Positions 28,127 through 40,899 of a stretch of DNA of 64,000 bases are shown here, in pieces. The notes below the pieces were generated by a model. The model was not told where the DNA came from. It did not search any database and saw nothing but the letters and a program-made list of their open reading frames with translations. The translations under genes and the position numbers were made by a program. This DNA comes from Macrostomum lignano (lineage: Eukaryota), in NCBI GenBank assembly GCA_002269645.1, contig NIVC01000866.1:200441-264440 (forward strand), in the 5' to 3' direction. The first letter of the stretch is position 1. Each line of letters begins with the position of its first letter.

Positions 28127-29647
28127 ATGGCCTTCGAGCCGACTATGGATAAACAAGCTATTTCTAGGGACGGGGACCCTTCTAAACCCCAACCTCAGTC
28201 CGAAGGACCGGCCGGCCCTGCTGGCAGATCCCAACCGACTGATTCAACTGTGGCAAAGGAAGGACCGGCTGGCTCTGCTGGCAGATCCGACCAGAGCTAC
28301 CAAACTCAAAATACCCTAAGACCTGCCAGCTCCGCTGGTGGATCTAAGGGAACCGCGAGCTCTGAGCCTAAAGGACCGGCCAAATCTGGCAGATCCGATG
28401 AAGCTCAGCGGGCTCGGCTTGAGCGCAAACGCGCTAAATAACGCGCCAAATGGCAGGCCAAGAAGGGAGCTGCGGGGGCCAAAGCGGCGGCGTCCACCAT
28501 GGATGCTGAAGCGACTGGAGTCCCAAGGCAACCAGGCGGGCCGGCCGGTGGAAGCTCCAGTAGTTCAGCGGCGGCGCTCCCTGGAGCTGCTGCCGCGGCT
28601 GCTGAGGCCGAAACCACGGCGCAACAAATGGCCACTGCCAACAAGGAGGTTCCTTCGGGAGCTACCTTTGCGGCGAAGGCCAAGGCCAAAATCCCGGGAG
28701 TGATCATCCAAGGTCGCGACCAGGACTGGACCACTGATCAGCTTCAAAAAGTGTGGAGTGCTATTGACTCCTATCTGATTGAGCTGACTGTCGAGGAGGG
28801 AATCTCCATCGGCGTTGAGCGGATGGTGCTGCGAAGCACATTCGTTCTTATTGCTCCTAGCAGCGAGGAGGACGCTCGGCGGCTGCTCCAGCGGCTACCG
28901 ACGGTCTCCTTGGATGCTGACCTTGGTGGAGCTCTTTTTCTTCGCGAGGGCCAGCGTCCAAAGACGATACCCTATGTGGTTTTCGTCCCTGCTAAGAGCA
29001 CCGCAGCTGGACCAGACGTTATTCGCCGGGTCCTACTGCGTCTGAACCCCGACCTCCCTGCTAGTGGACTGGTGTATCACCGCAAAGTCCGCAGGGGGGA
29101 GACGGGCAACTCAATTGTCCTCGGCCTTTCCAGCACTTGGGCGAGTCGGTACCCTAATGGATCCTCTTTCCAGCTGGGTGCCCTCAAGCTCAAGTTGCGC
29201 CGAGGAAAGTCTGCCAAAGGGAAGGCTACTGCCAACCCCGGCATCTCCGGCAAGAGCGGGGCGCAGTCTAAGGCCCAAGGAAAGGCGCAAGCCGATCCCA
29301 AAGCCAAAGCTGCATCTCGCCCCTCTGCTAGCAGCAGTTCGGCGACCGCGGTAACGGCTCCGGCCGAGCCCCGGGAACCAAACCTGCCAGTCGGAGAAGG
29401 AGTTGAGGACGAGGCCGGGTCTTCGGAATCCGAGCTCTCCTCGGCCACCTTGGTGGGGTCTGAAGGTAAAGATGCAGGTGAGGAAGCTTCCTCCATCCTG
29501 TCATCGGAGCCTGAGGACTCTGCTGGGGGGCCGGTGGGGGTGAGGAGGCCATGGACGTCGACCAACTCCCATCTCCCAGTCAAGCCCCAGCGGCCTGGGA
29601 CGAGGACGATCTGTTGTCCAAGTCTCCTTGATGGCCCTGGGCTCTAG
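28127..29647 (+). CDS. Retrotransposon ORF1 (gag-like), interrupted by an in-frame TAA at 28439-28441
   Basis: Track ORFs 28070-28441 and 28499-29647 share a frame; KRAK*RAKWQ suggests AAA>TAA; globular core (KVWSAIDSYL...YVVFVP...LRLNPDLP) resembles LOA-type ORF1 (inference); no CCHC knuckle seen. Confidence 0.7.
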
Positions 29648-29670
29648 CCAGATATTGCATTTAATACAGT

Positions 29671-32600
29671 ATGACTAAGCTCCACGCTGCCAAAGGAGCG
29701 ACATTCTGTCTGCAAATAAATTTACAGCATTGCGTATCTGCGTCAGTAAATCTGATGAAGATTGCTGAGCTGTACAGGCCAGGCCTCATCCTGATCCAGG
29801 AACCCTGGATGCGCAACGGTAAGTTGCCCAACATTCCCTCTGGCTACTCTGATTTTTATGTGTGTGGCCCGGGGAACAGCCGCCCTAGAGCGGCTATCCT
29901 CGCTGCTAGCCATCTCCAGGCTTGGCTGAGGACTGATCTCTCTGATGGAGACCTTTGCGTCATCCAATCTAATCATTTCTCTCCGCGTACGTGTCTTGTT
30001 GCCTCGGTTTATATCCCAGGCGACAGAGACCCTGCTCCCGAGAGTTTACTGCGCCTTGCGCAGTACTGCGAGTCCCAGAACGCTGAGCTGTGCTTAGGGG
30101 GCGACCTCAACGCGCACCACAAGCACTGGGGCAGCAAAGATACCAACACTAGAGGAGAGGAGCTTCTGGCCCTCATCTCTAACACAAACCTCATGCTCTG
30201 CAACCGCGGCAGCACTCCTACCTTTAATAATGGCAGATGGACCGAGGTCCTCGACGCCACACTCGTTACCCCAAGACTCTTTGACAGAGTCAAGGAGTGG
30301 AGAGTCTGGTCTGAGGAGCCCTCCCTGTCTGACCACTGCTTTATCGCCTTTAATATCGCGGACACTAAAACCCAGTCTCCGATCACTTGGAGACGCAATA
30401 TCCGCAACACTGATTGGGCGGCCTACAAGGCTGCCCTTGATCTGCACCTGCAGGAACTCACGGACTTACGTCCGATTGAGACCTGCGAGGATGTGGATCA
30501 TATGGCTGAGACGCTGACAGGTTGCATTATTGCAGCCTACGAAGCGGCTTGTCCTGCTCGCGCCTACAGAGGCAAGACCTCGGCGCCGTGGTGGAACCCG
30601 GAGCTGGGGAAACTCAGGCGGAAGGCCAAAAGCCTTCATCGCCGTGCCATGAAGACCGGAAACCCGGAGGACATGGAGCTTTTCCGGCAAGCCTCCCGCA
30701 ATTTCAAATCTGAAGTGCGCAAGGCCAAGGAATGTAAGTGGCGCCAATTCTGCAATGAATTGGATCAAGACAGACCTACTTCTAGGCTTGTCAAGGCCCT
30801 TACAATGGACAAAATGTCCAAATTAGCCATGATAAAAAAGATGATGGCTCTCTTACTAAAGACCCTGAAGAAGTGCTTCAGCATATGCTTAGCACATTCT
30901 TCCCGAGGGTACCTACTGCTAGACCGGAGCCCAACCATTCGATGGATGGAGCCACCCTAGCGGCGGGCATTGTCACTGAAGACCTAATCGCTCGTGCGGT
31001 CAGAACCTTCAAACCCTTCAAATCTCCTGGACCTGATGGTATCTACCCTGTTCTCCTTCGTGAAGCAGCCAAGATACCCTCGTTCCTGAGACTCACCCGC
31101 AATCTTATGCGGGCCTCTATCCAGCTGGGATACGTTCCCAAAAGCTGGACTGAAGCTCGAGTAGTCTTTATTCCCAAACCTGGGAAGGGTGACTACCAAA
31201 GCGTCAAGGCCTTCCGGCCAATTAGCTTAACGTCAGCAATGCTTAAGCTCACTGAGAGGCTTATTCTCTGGCGGCTGCTCTCCTGCGAGCTGACAGCGAT
31301 GCCCCTCAGCAATAATCAGCACGCCTTCCGTACCGGGAGGTCGACTGACAGCGCCCTGCATGCGATTGTCGAAAAGATTGAACGGGCGGTACTGGGTGAC
31401 GGTTACGCCCTGGCTCTCTTTCTTGACATTGTTGGCGCCTTCGACAACGTTATCTTTGAAGCGCTTCAGAGGGCCCTTCAAAATCGCAAAGCTCATGCTA
31501 CCCTCATACGGTGGATCATGTACATGATCTCCAACCGTACGGTCACTGCCCAACTTCTTGGGCAAACTGCCTCCACCAGAGTCTGTAAGGGTGGACCCCA
31601 AGGCGGAGTCCTCACCCCGACGCTCTGGAACCTGGTCATGGACGCTCTTCTGAGTGACTCCCGACCTGACCCCGTCTTCAAAGTCGGGTATGCTGATGAC
31701 GTCACGGCCATTGTGGCAGGACCGTCTCCCAGCACGCTCAGGGATCTGATGCAGAGCTTTATCCGCAAAGCAGAATCCTGGGCCAATGACAATGGTTTGG
31801 AACTCTCTGAGCCCAAAACCGTTGCCATTATGTTTACCAGCAGACTACGCTGGAACATACGTCCTCTGCAGCTCTACGGCAGAGATATTGCCTTCGCGCA
31901 CCAGACCAGATGTCTCGGGGTCACACTTGACCACCGGCTCAACTGGTCCTTCCACGTGAAAGCAAAAGCTAAGCGTGCCTCAGCCATCCTGGCCCAGCTC
32001 CGACGAGCACTTGGCACTTCTTGGGGTCTATCCCCAAAGCGGCTTTGGTGGATCTATACTTCCGTAGTTAGACCTGCCATTACGTACGCCTCTGTTGTCT
32101 GGGTTAGCGCTACCCAGGTCAAAAGCCATGCAGACCTGCTCAACACGATCCAAGGCAGAGCGTGTAGGCTCATCTGCAACGCCACCAGGTCCACGCCCTT
32201 TGCTGGCATGGGGGCCTTTCTTAATCTTCCGCCTCTTGACCTCTTCATCAGGGGTGAGGCGGCTAGAACGACGCGGCGTCTAATTGATGCCGGCGTCAAA
32301 TTCATTTACATGAGAGCACCTGCTAAGCGGAACCTTGTCCCGCATAGCGATCTGTGCCTCAACTTTCTCAACGAGTGTCAGGCCAATCGCGTCTTCACCG
32401 ATGGCATTGCCTCAACGCTCAACCTGAGACAGCGCTACTCCGTAGCTATCGACTCGCGCGATAACATCAATGACCATTGGAACCCTGGTGAGCTTCATTG
32501 CTACACCGACGGTTCTAAGCAGTCAGCCAACACCGGCTTTGGTGTTGGAATCTTTCTGAACGGGAGGGTCATCGCTACCCACGCTCAATACACTGGGGTC

Positions 32601-33409
32601 AACTCCAGTGTTTTCCAAAATGAAGTTCTGGCCATCAGCTCCTGCACTGCAGAGCTTCTCGCCACTGGCGTTACTGGTAAGAACATCATTTTCCATTCGG
32701 ACAGCCAAGCTGCCTTGCACGCATCAGTGGCTGCAGCACCAACTCTGCTACAGTCCTTGACTGTATCAAACTCCTCAATGTGTTGGGTTCCGCCAACAAA
32801 ATTACCCTTAAGTGGGTTCCGGGGCATGTGGGGATCCGAGGAAATGAGTTGGCTGACACCCTTGCAAAAGTTGGTGCCTCCGGCTCCTCTCTCGGCCCCG
32901 AACCTCTTGTCCCGATCCCTGGCTGTGTCATCGACTCGCGCATCAAAGCGTGGATCAGGACTCAGCACCGCTCGACTTGGGCGAACCGCACGAACTGCAG
33001 GCAATCCAGAGGCGCTGTCCCTCAGCCCTCTCACCAGCTCCGGAAGCTCCTCTTGCGCCTCTCGCGCAGAGACATCCGGGCTGCCACCATGACCCTCTCT
33101 GGTCACGGCTGCTTCTCCAGGCACCAGTACCTGCAGGGCAACGCCACCAACGCCACCTGTAGTTTCTGCAACTCAGGTGACGAAACCGCTGAGCATTTCG
33201 TCAGCATCTGTCCCGCCTTCACGCGGGCCAGACTCACTTACCTCGGGCCACACACATCTATTACTAAAGCGTGCAAACCCGAAAACTTTAATCAGCTCAT
33301 GCGCTACCTTCGGGCCACCCGCAGGGCTGAACTCTCCTTTCCAGAGAGCACCATAGCTGCTGGCGACACTGGGGGACCTCCCTGGGCGGCGCCAACCCTC
33401 CGTCCATAG
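29671..33409 (+). CDS. Retrotransposon ORF2: AP endonuclease, reverse transcriptase, RNase H, C-terminal zinc knuckle; two apparent 1-nt deletions
   Basis: APE: IQEPW, GGDLNAHH, TPTF, LDATL, SDH. RT: SPGPDGI, FRPISLTS, QHAFR, FLDIVGAFD, QGGVLTPTLWN, GYADDV, CLGVTLD. RNase H: YTDGS, QNEV, SDSQAAL, WVPGHVGIRGNELAD. Knuckle CSFC...H...C. Frameshifts at ~30834-39 (A6 run) and ~32722. Confidence 0.93.
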
Positions 33410-34619
33410 CGACGCGTCGGCCGTTCAGGGACTAGCGGAATGGGCGCCCGCGCCTTCCCGCTGTGTCCCCTCCGGGACAGCCCTGCAGCTAAGTCAAGTA
33501 AGTCAAGACACTAAGGCAGACACTAAGACAGACACTAAGACAGACACTAGGACAGACACTAAGACAGACGCTAAGACAGACACTAAGACATAATTCTACC
33601 ACGGGAAGTGGGTTAGAAGGGCAGATCCATCATACTCGTACATGGGCGGGGACGGGTGGAGCCCTAGAAGGAGGCAAGGATCATCAGTAAACTGTTTGCA
33701 TTGGAGTGTTTCGAATTTTTCATCAAAGACTTTCCATCCGCAAGAACACTCACTCACCTCTTTCTGTCGAGTTGTGTTTTTTTAAATTAATCCGAAGTCA
33801 GAAAATCAAATATTCAATCTTTGAGTTAAAACTGCAAACTGGTTACAGCGCTTGAGCTGTAAAAAATTTTAATCTAAAGACTGAGTACCAAAGCGCTAAA
33901 ATAGTGAAATAGGAGGCAGTTAGTTATGGTCGGCATGGCGGTTTTAAAGACACACAGGGCCGGGTCCTTATTGGGTGTCCCCGGTCCACTGCATGGGCGG
34001 TAGAGATCAATCGCCAACCCCAGCCAAGGAGGCCGAGAACCGGAATCTGGAGACGCATCCGATCCAGCTACATTTTCAGACAAGAGGTGTTAGCCAAACT
34101 TCATGTTGATAAATAATAATGAGTTGCTGCTCCAAGTTCTGGTTGTGGGGCTCCATGGCTCTGCTCCCCATTACCCTTACTCCTTCCTCACTGACAGCCA
34201 CTTGTTCCCGCGTGTTTCGTCATGTCCCGTCTGTCTCTCCGCGGGTACCCGGGGTTGGCTTTATGACCAGTTCACCGCATGTATACTGCCATATATATTA
34301 CTTCTGGAAGGAGGTTATCAATTTGGAGGTTGGGGTGGGTGAGTGATTTATGATTTATGATGCCGCCTCCACCTCCCCCCCGTGTGCTGTCTGCGCGCCT
34401 CCGCGAATGCCGCTATTAAGATCGTAAAACCGTAAAGCCCCATGCTCTTAGCGCAGCTATTTTCAAGTTTGAGAACTTGAGAAGTCACTTCTCTCTCCGG
34501 GGGCCATTATTTTTAGTTTTTATGATAGATTGCAAGCCATAAATGTTCATAGGACTTACTCACACAGCATTAGCGTTAGCGCGCATGAAACAGCTGTTTA
34601 TGCAGAAGCAAGATGAACT

Positions 34620-35300
34620 CAGAAGACTGCGTGAGAACTCTCTGGCTACAGGAGAACCGATGCAGTTGTTGAGAGATTCTCGTGAGATTTATTGAGAGAT
34701 TCTCTTGAGATTTGTGAGGAGAGAGTGTGTGGGGATTCTGAGTAGAGTGTGTGGGAGATTCTGAGTAGAGTGTGTGGGAGATTCTGAGTAGAGTGTGTGG
34801 GAGATTCTGAGTAGAGTGTGTGGGGATTCTGAGTAGAGTGTATGGGAGATTCTGAGTAGAGTGTGTGGGGATTCTGAGTAGAGTGTGTGGGAGATTCTGA
34901 GTAGAGTGTATGGGAGATTCTGAGTAGAGTGTGTGGGGATTCTGAGTAGAGGGTGTGGGGATTCTGAGTCGAGTGTGTGGGAGATTCTGAGTCTCTCTGG
35001 CTACAGGAGAACGGATGCAGTTGTTGAGAGATTCTCGTGAGATTTGTATGGAGATTCTCACGAGACTAATAGTAAAATTCTAATGAGATTTGGGGGAGAT
35101 TCTCATGAGATTTGTGAAGAGATTCTCATGAGATTTGTGGGGAGATTCTCTTGAGATTTGTGAGGAGACATGCTCACAAGATTTGGGGAGATTCTCGTGA
35201 GATTTGTGGAGAGAGTGTGTGGGGATTCTGAGTAGAGTGTGTGGCGGATTCTGAGTAGAGTGTGTGGGGATTCTGAGTAGAGTGTGTCGGGATTCTGAGT
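34620..35300. repeat. 22/23-bp array (GATTCTGAGTAGAGTGTGTGGG)n with a duplicated ~55-bp flank and GAGATTCTC-rich segments
   Basis: Direct reading; CTCTCTGGCTACAGGAGAA..ATGCAGTTGTTGAGAGATTCTCGTGAGATTT occurs near 34640 and 34995. Confidence 0.85.
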
Positions 35301-35997
35301 GCATCTGAGAGCTGCTTCCCAAATTTTGGGAAGTCCTGTCCTATGAAACTTCGCACTGCAAATATTTCTATTAAGACAAAGTATTTGTTTACATACGAGC
35401 AATCATGGGCAGAGAGAACTTCCATCCAATATTTAGCCCGCGCTACACCTCGACTCTCCGCGGGTGGCATCAAAAGACGCGGGCCGAATTCAAAAATGGA
35501 AAGTGAAATGGCACTTTGATCAAACAGAAGTTTTTTTATTGCGCATTATAGATTGGCAGCTAAGATAAGATTGAATGCCCCCACTGCAGTCTGAGGTAGG
35601 CAGAGAAGGAATTTTCAGGGATTCGGTAGGTTTAGGCCGTTAAATTGGGGTGCTGAAATTGCTGAACTAGAGGGTGACTCACTCAGGCATATTCGCGCGA
35701 AAACCTTGGCTTGAAGTTTATCAGCTGTCTGCGGTTGCATTTATAAATACTTGCTGTACGTTGTAAGTAATTCTTTAGCACAAATTGCAGTGCAGGCGAG
35801 GTGTTTACATACAATTTAACGCCGTTCTTTAAAGTCTAAATTGATCCTATGTTTGCCATTTCTAAAGAAGGCGATCGGAAACAGAAGGTCGTGTTTTATG
35901 AGCTATGACTAGCCTGAGGCTACTAAATTTTATTTTGGCACTTAAACAATCACTTTGGCGACTAAATAATCACTTTGGAGCCAAAATAATCACTTTG

Positions 35998-38131
35998 ACA
36001 ACAACAACAATAACAACAACAAAATACGCGACCCGCATGCACAGTCGCAGATAGAGCAGGGCGCGTCAGATGGCGCGCCGCAGAGCCTGGGAGCGAACAA
36101 AGTCCGCTCCGTTGGCAGTGTCGGGCGCCCCAGCGTCGCACAGCAGGCAGTCCACGTATCGACGGGTTTGGGCCTGACCCCGCCTGAACAGACCCTGCAA
36201 GGTGAGCAGCAGGACGTCCTGAACAGGTTGGGGGCATTAGCCCTCGGCCCTGATCACGTGACCCGCCAGTTGAGGTCGCCGCCGGCGCAGGATGGTGGAC
36301 GGGCGCTGCAGCTTGGCCCGATCGTACAGGGCCTCGGTCCCGACGCTCTCGTCAGCTCGAAAGGCCGCACGGAGCAGCCCTGGAGTGCGCCGAGTCCAGC
36401 TGCCGCTCTAGCGTAGCCGTCAGCGTCCACGTCTCGGCGTTGTATAGCAGGACGGTTTTGACCAACGCCTGCCACAGCCGAGCCCTCTGGCGGTCGGGCA
36501 GCGCTTCGGACTGGAGGACGGCTCGGATCGAACGAAAGGCCGCCCAAGCAAGTCCTCTGCGCCGCCGGAGGTCCTCTTCCACGTGGGGCACCAGACCGCC
36601 GAGGTAGGTGAACCGCTGGCAGCGTGTGAGCGTGGTCGTCTGCCCGTCTGCGAAGCGACATGTCAGGTCCGCTGGGATGTTGGCCGGCACAGTCAGCACC
36701 TCGGTCTTCAGCGTGTTGACGATCAGAACGACGCTCGATGCCACCTCGACCAGCCTGTTGATCTGGCGCTGGGCGCCTTCAACGGACGAGGACAGGAGGG
36801 CGAGGTCGTCAGCGTAGCCAAGTACGCTTAGACGTTTTTCGCCGTGGCGGTGACCGATGCGTCTGCGCAGCAGGAAGCCGTCATTAGCCGAGGGGAGTGC
36901 GGTCCGAAGCACCCAGTCGGCGCTAGCGTGTCGCCCTGCAGAACTCCTGATGAAGTATCGAACAGGTCAGACAGGCCGTCCGCCGTCACCACATGAGCTC
37001 GAGTATCGCAATATAGCGCCATGACAGCGTCTCGATACCAGGTGGCTCGAAGGACAAAGGGAAGCGCGGCTCTCAACACCGAGTCAAACGCCTTTCGAAA
37101 GTCAACGAAGACAATGATCAGCGTAGACTGGCGGATGCGCGCCTCCTCGATGCCACGGCGGAGTGGGATCTGTGTCACTGTACCGCGTTGCGGCCGGAAT
37201 CCGTTCTGCTCGTACCGCAGGTACGGGTCCAGCACCGACTGCAGACGATTGAGCAGCAGCCGGTTGAAGAGCTTCGCGGTGCAGGACATCAGCAAGATCC
37301 CGCGGTGGTCTTCCTTCCGCGTTGTCCCTGCCTTCTTCGGGATCGGCACGATGTGCGCGACGGTCCACTCGGTAGGCGCAGGAGCGCCGGCGAGCACGCG
37401 GTTCATGACGCCTGTGACCTGGGAGGCCACACAGCGGAGCCGCAGCGCTTCGACCGGGACTTCGCCGGGGCCGAGCGCCTTGCCGCCTGATGTTTTCCGA
37501 GCGTACAGCACAACGTCCTCCGTGGTGACTGGCCTGGTGCAGAAGTCCTCCTCAGCTGGGAGCGGCGTGTCCAGTGGGAGCGCAAAGCTGGCGGGCAGCG
37601 GCGACGCGGGCGCGTTCACGATGCCGGCGAAGAAGTCGCGCAATTCATTCCTGCGCTCCTCGGGGGTGTCGCCGGCCAGGTTCAGCGCCACGCGCTTTTT
37701 GCGCCCCGTCAGAGTCCGGACGGCCGTCCACACTGCGCGGCTCTTCACGTCGGGGCCGGCTGCAGTGATGGACCTAATGGCGTCGTCGACAGCGGCCTGC
37801 TGCCGCTCGTCAAGAAGGCGCTCAAATGCGTCTTCAGCGTCGCCTGTGGGCCTCCGGTTTCCGCGGAGTCGCTCGATGTTGAGCCGCGCCTGCCTGATGA
37901 TGGGGTCGCTCTGCCAGACAGGCAGCGATTTCTGCGCTGGCCGCATCAGCGGGACCGTCTGCTCTGTAGCGGCTCTAACGGCGGTGCTGATGTCGGAATA
38001 CTCCGCCTCGCGCTGGTCTCCAAGCGCGCCGACGAAGGCACCCGCGAATTGACGCTTCACGCGGGTGTCCAACAGTGCGCGATAGTAGCGCCGTGGCCGC
38101 TGCTTTGGCGGTCGGTGGACACACTCGGTAG
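35998..38131 (-). mobile_element. 5'-truncated, degenerate RTE-like non-LTR retrotransposon (RT and C-terminal region)
   Basis: RT motifs KALGP, RGILLMSCTAKLFNRLL, EQNGFR, VDFRKAFDSV, GVLQGDTLAP, GYADDLALL, FTYLGG, LLYNAETWTLT; (TTG)n tail at 35998-36020; TSD ATCACTTTG at 35989-97 and 38132-40; deletion after GDTLAP and further frameshifts. Confidence 0.88.
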
Positions 38132-38590
38132 ATCACTTTGGAGCCTAAATATTCACGTTGGCGCCTAAATAATTACTTTGGCGCCAGAAAGAATCACTTT
38201 GACACCTAAATAAACACTTTGGCGCCTAAATAATCACTTTGGAGCCTAGATAATCACTTCGGCGCCGAAACTCTCACTTTTTGGCGCTTAAATACTCATT
38301 TTGGCGCCTAAATACTTACTTTGGCGCTTAAATACTCACTCACTTTGGCGCCTAAATAATTACTTTGGCGCCTAAATAATCACTTTGGAGCCTAAATACT
38401 CACTTTGGAGCCTAGATACTCACTTCGGCGCCGAAACTCTCACTTTTTGGCGCTTAAGTACTCATTTTGGCGCTTAAATACTCACTTTGGCGCCTAAATA
38501 ATTACTTTGGAGCCTGAATACTAACTTTGGCGCCTTAATAATCACTTTGGTTCCTAAATAATCATTATGGCGCCTAAATAATCACTTTGC
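38132..38590. repeat. ~21-bp minisatellite (AATAATCACTTTGGCGCCTAA)n; the left part at 35945-35997 is split off by the RTE insertion
   Basis: The same unit occurs on both sides of the LINE. Confidence 0.9.
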
Positions 38591-39189
38591 TTTATCGTGC
38601 ATTTATTGACAGGCTGATATTTCAGTTCAATGCCGTACAAACTGTGCATTAAAAGGGCCTTTCGTCGATCTACTTTGCCTAGAGATGCTTGTGCATTTCA
38701 ACAGTCAAGTCTGACATTTTTGATGACGCAGTACCAGGAGATAGGAGATGGTTTCTCTCCCCGACAATCAACATCGCCATGATTCAGTGTAGCTTTCATG
38801 GTGAATTTCGATAAAGTTTTGAACCCAGAACTTTATAAATGTCATCGAAAAAAGACGAGCCAGCGCCTCATCGCTACATATTTTATTTCTTGCTATAATT
38901 CTGCTTATATTATTGCCCTGTCTGGCAGTAAACTTACAGTAAACAGAAACTGCTTTCAAAGTTTTCTACGGAGTTTAAAAAGATGCAGAAAAAAACGTGA
39001 ATATGCGCATCGAACTGCCCCTCGAAACTTTGGAATTGCGAGTTTCTGTCTATATTGTACTGTTGCACTCGATAAGCACCTGTAGACAATCTTAGTCCTT
39101 TATAACCGAGCATTGACTGCGCGCGAACCTCCTTTAATTAGCTGCTTTACAGACCCCCTTTCGCACCATAGATAAATCAAGTCCACTCA

Positions 39190-39820
39190 GCCCAATACCT
39201 CATACCCAGTCGAATACCCAATACCCAGCCCAATACCCAATACTCAGCAGCCCAATACCTAAGCCCAATACTCAGTCCAATACCCAAACCCAATACCCAG
39301 CCCAATACCCGATACTCAGCAGCCCAATACCTAAGCCCAATACTCAGTCCAATACCCAAACCCAATACCCAGCCCAATACCCGATACCCATCACAATCCC
39401 CGATACCCATCCCAATACCCAGCCCAATACCCAGCCCAATACCCAGCCCAATACCCAGCCCAATACCCAGCCCAATACCCAGCCCAATACCCAGCCCAAT
39501 ACCCAGCCCAATACCCAGCCCAATACCCAGCCCAATACCCAGCCCAATACCCAACCCAATACCCAGCCTAATACCCAATCCAATACCCAGCCAATACCCA
39601 GCCCAATACCCAGCCCAATACCCAGCCCAATACCCAGCCCAATACCCAGCCCAATACCCAGCCCAATACCCAGCCCAATACCCAGCCCAATACCCAGCCC
39701 AATACCCAGCCCAATACCCAGCCCAATACCCAGCCCAATACCCAGCCCAATACCCAGCCCAATACCCAGCCCAATACCCAGCCCAATACCCAGCCCAATA
39801 CCCAGCCCAATATCCAGCCC
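39190..39820. repeat. 12-bp satellite (CCCAATACCCAG)n
   Basis: Direct reading. Confidence 0.96.
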
Positions 39821-40370
39821 AAGATTCAAATCGTTTCTCAGCATCGCAGAAAAACAAGCCCAAGCCCGTGCAGCTATCAATCAGTCAACCAGTCAGTCAG
39901 TCAGTTAAATAATGCCACTCCATTGGGTAGATGGCTGAGCTGATCTCATTCAGTCAGCTGGCAGGCAGTTTAGAGGGAATCAATGCGCTGATCCGCTATT
40001 CCCAAATCCCCAATGCAGTGTCCAGAACATGGGCAGCAGCATGCGCAGGCGGGGAGGGACCGACCATCAAAGGAGAAGCCGCCGTCAGTTTATTGACAGA
40101 GAGGGCGCGGTGAGGGCAGAGGCGCGGTTGCCTCTTTTGTGTGGTAGCACTACACGCCGGTTATGACGGCCTCACGTGACGGGCCGCGGGTGGTTATTTA
40201 CGATCCGCTTTCGGTCAGTCCCACCGTGTGCAGTGACACAATTGGGGTGGCGGCACTGCCGGTTGTAGTTATCTGCATAAGGGGCGGCTTCAGTTGCACG
40301 CCTGTGATATGTGATTGATTAGGGGGGTGCGACCAGCGTGTCAGTTGGTGGATTATGCTAGGCTTGTGCT

Positions 40371-40387
40371 AGATAGATAGATAGATG

Positions 40388-40470
<83 letters not shown>
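40371..40470. repeat. (GATA)n microsatellite
   Basis: Direct reading. Confidence 0.98.
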
Positions 40471-40471
<1 letters not shown>

Positions 40472-40899
40472 CCGCAGAGGGACAATGGCAGCGCCAGTCG
40501 TAATTAATGGTCAGTCGGCTCGTAAAATGAAGCCACGGGCGTGCTTATGCAGGGGTTAAGAGACTGGAGCCAGTGAGAAGCAGAAGAATGATGAAGGAGC
40601 GGCCATAATCTGTCATATACGGGGCAACAACATTTCTTTTATAGTCAATTTTATGGTCTTCAGCATTAAAAAACCGGACCCCCTGCGCCAAACAACTGTT
40701 GCAGAAAGATACGGCATATGTTATATTCTGCATAACGATATCTAGCTAGCGCATAAATCATATTTCTGTACTCGCATTGTGGCCGCATTCCCATTGCAAA
40801 GTGGCAATCAATTTCAAACAGAATTCTCGCCTGTCAAGAGAGGGAGGGCCTGAGAGGGGGTGTAGGTAGCAGCGGGTGCACACAAAATGCGCTTGCTTA

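Larger units (their letters stand above)
27609..33507 (+). mobile_element. Full-length non-LTR retrotransposon (ORF1 + APE-RT-RNase H ORF2), LOA-like / I-group
   Basis: Direct repeat AGACACTAAGGCAG at 27596-27609 and 33506-33519 (TSD 12-14 bp with junction microhomology); 3' tail (TAAGTCAAG)x2; two ORFs with complete domain sets; interrupts a GACAGACACTAA array. Clade assignment is inference from domain order and the ORF2 start (QINLQH...AS). Confidence 0.93.
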
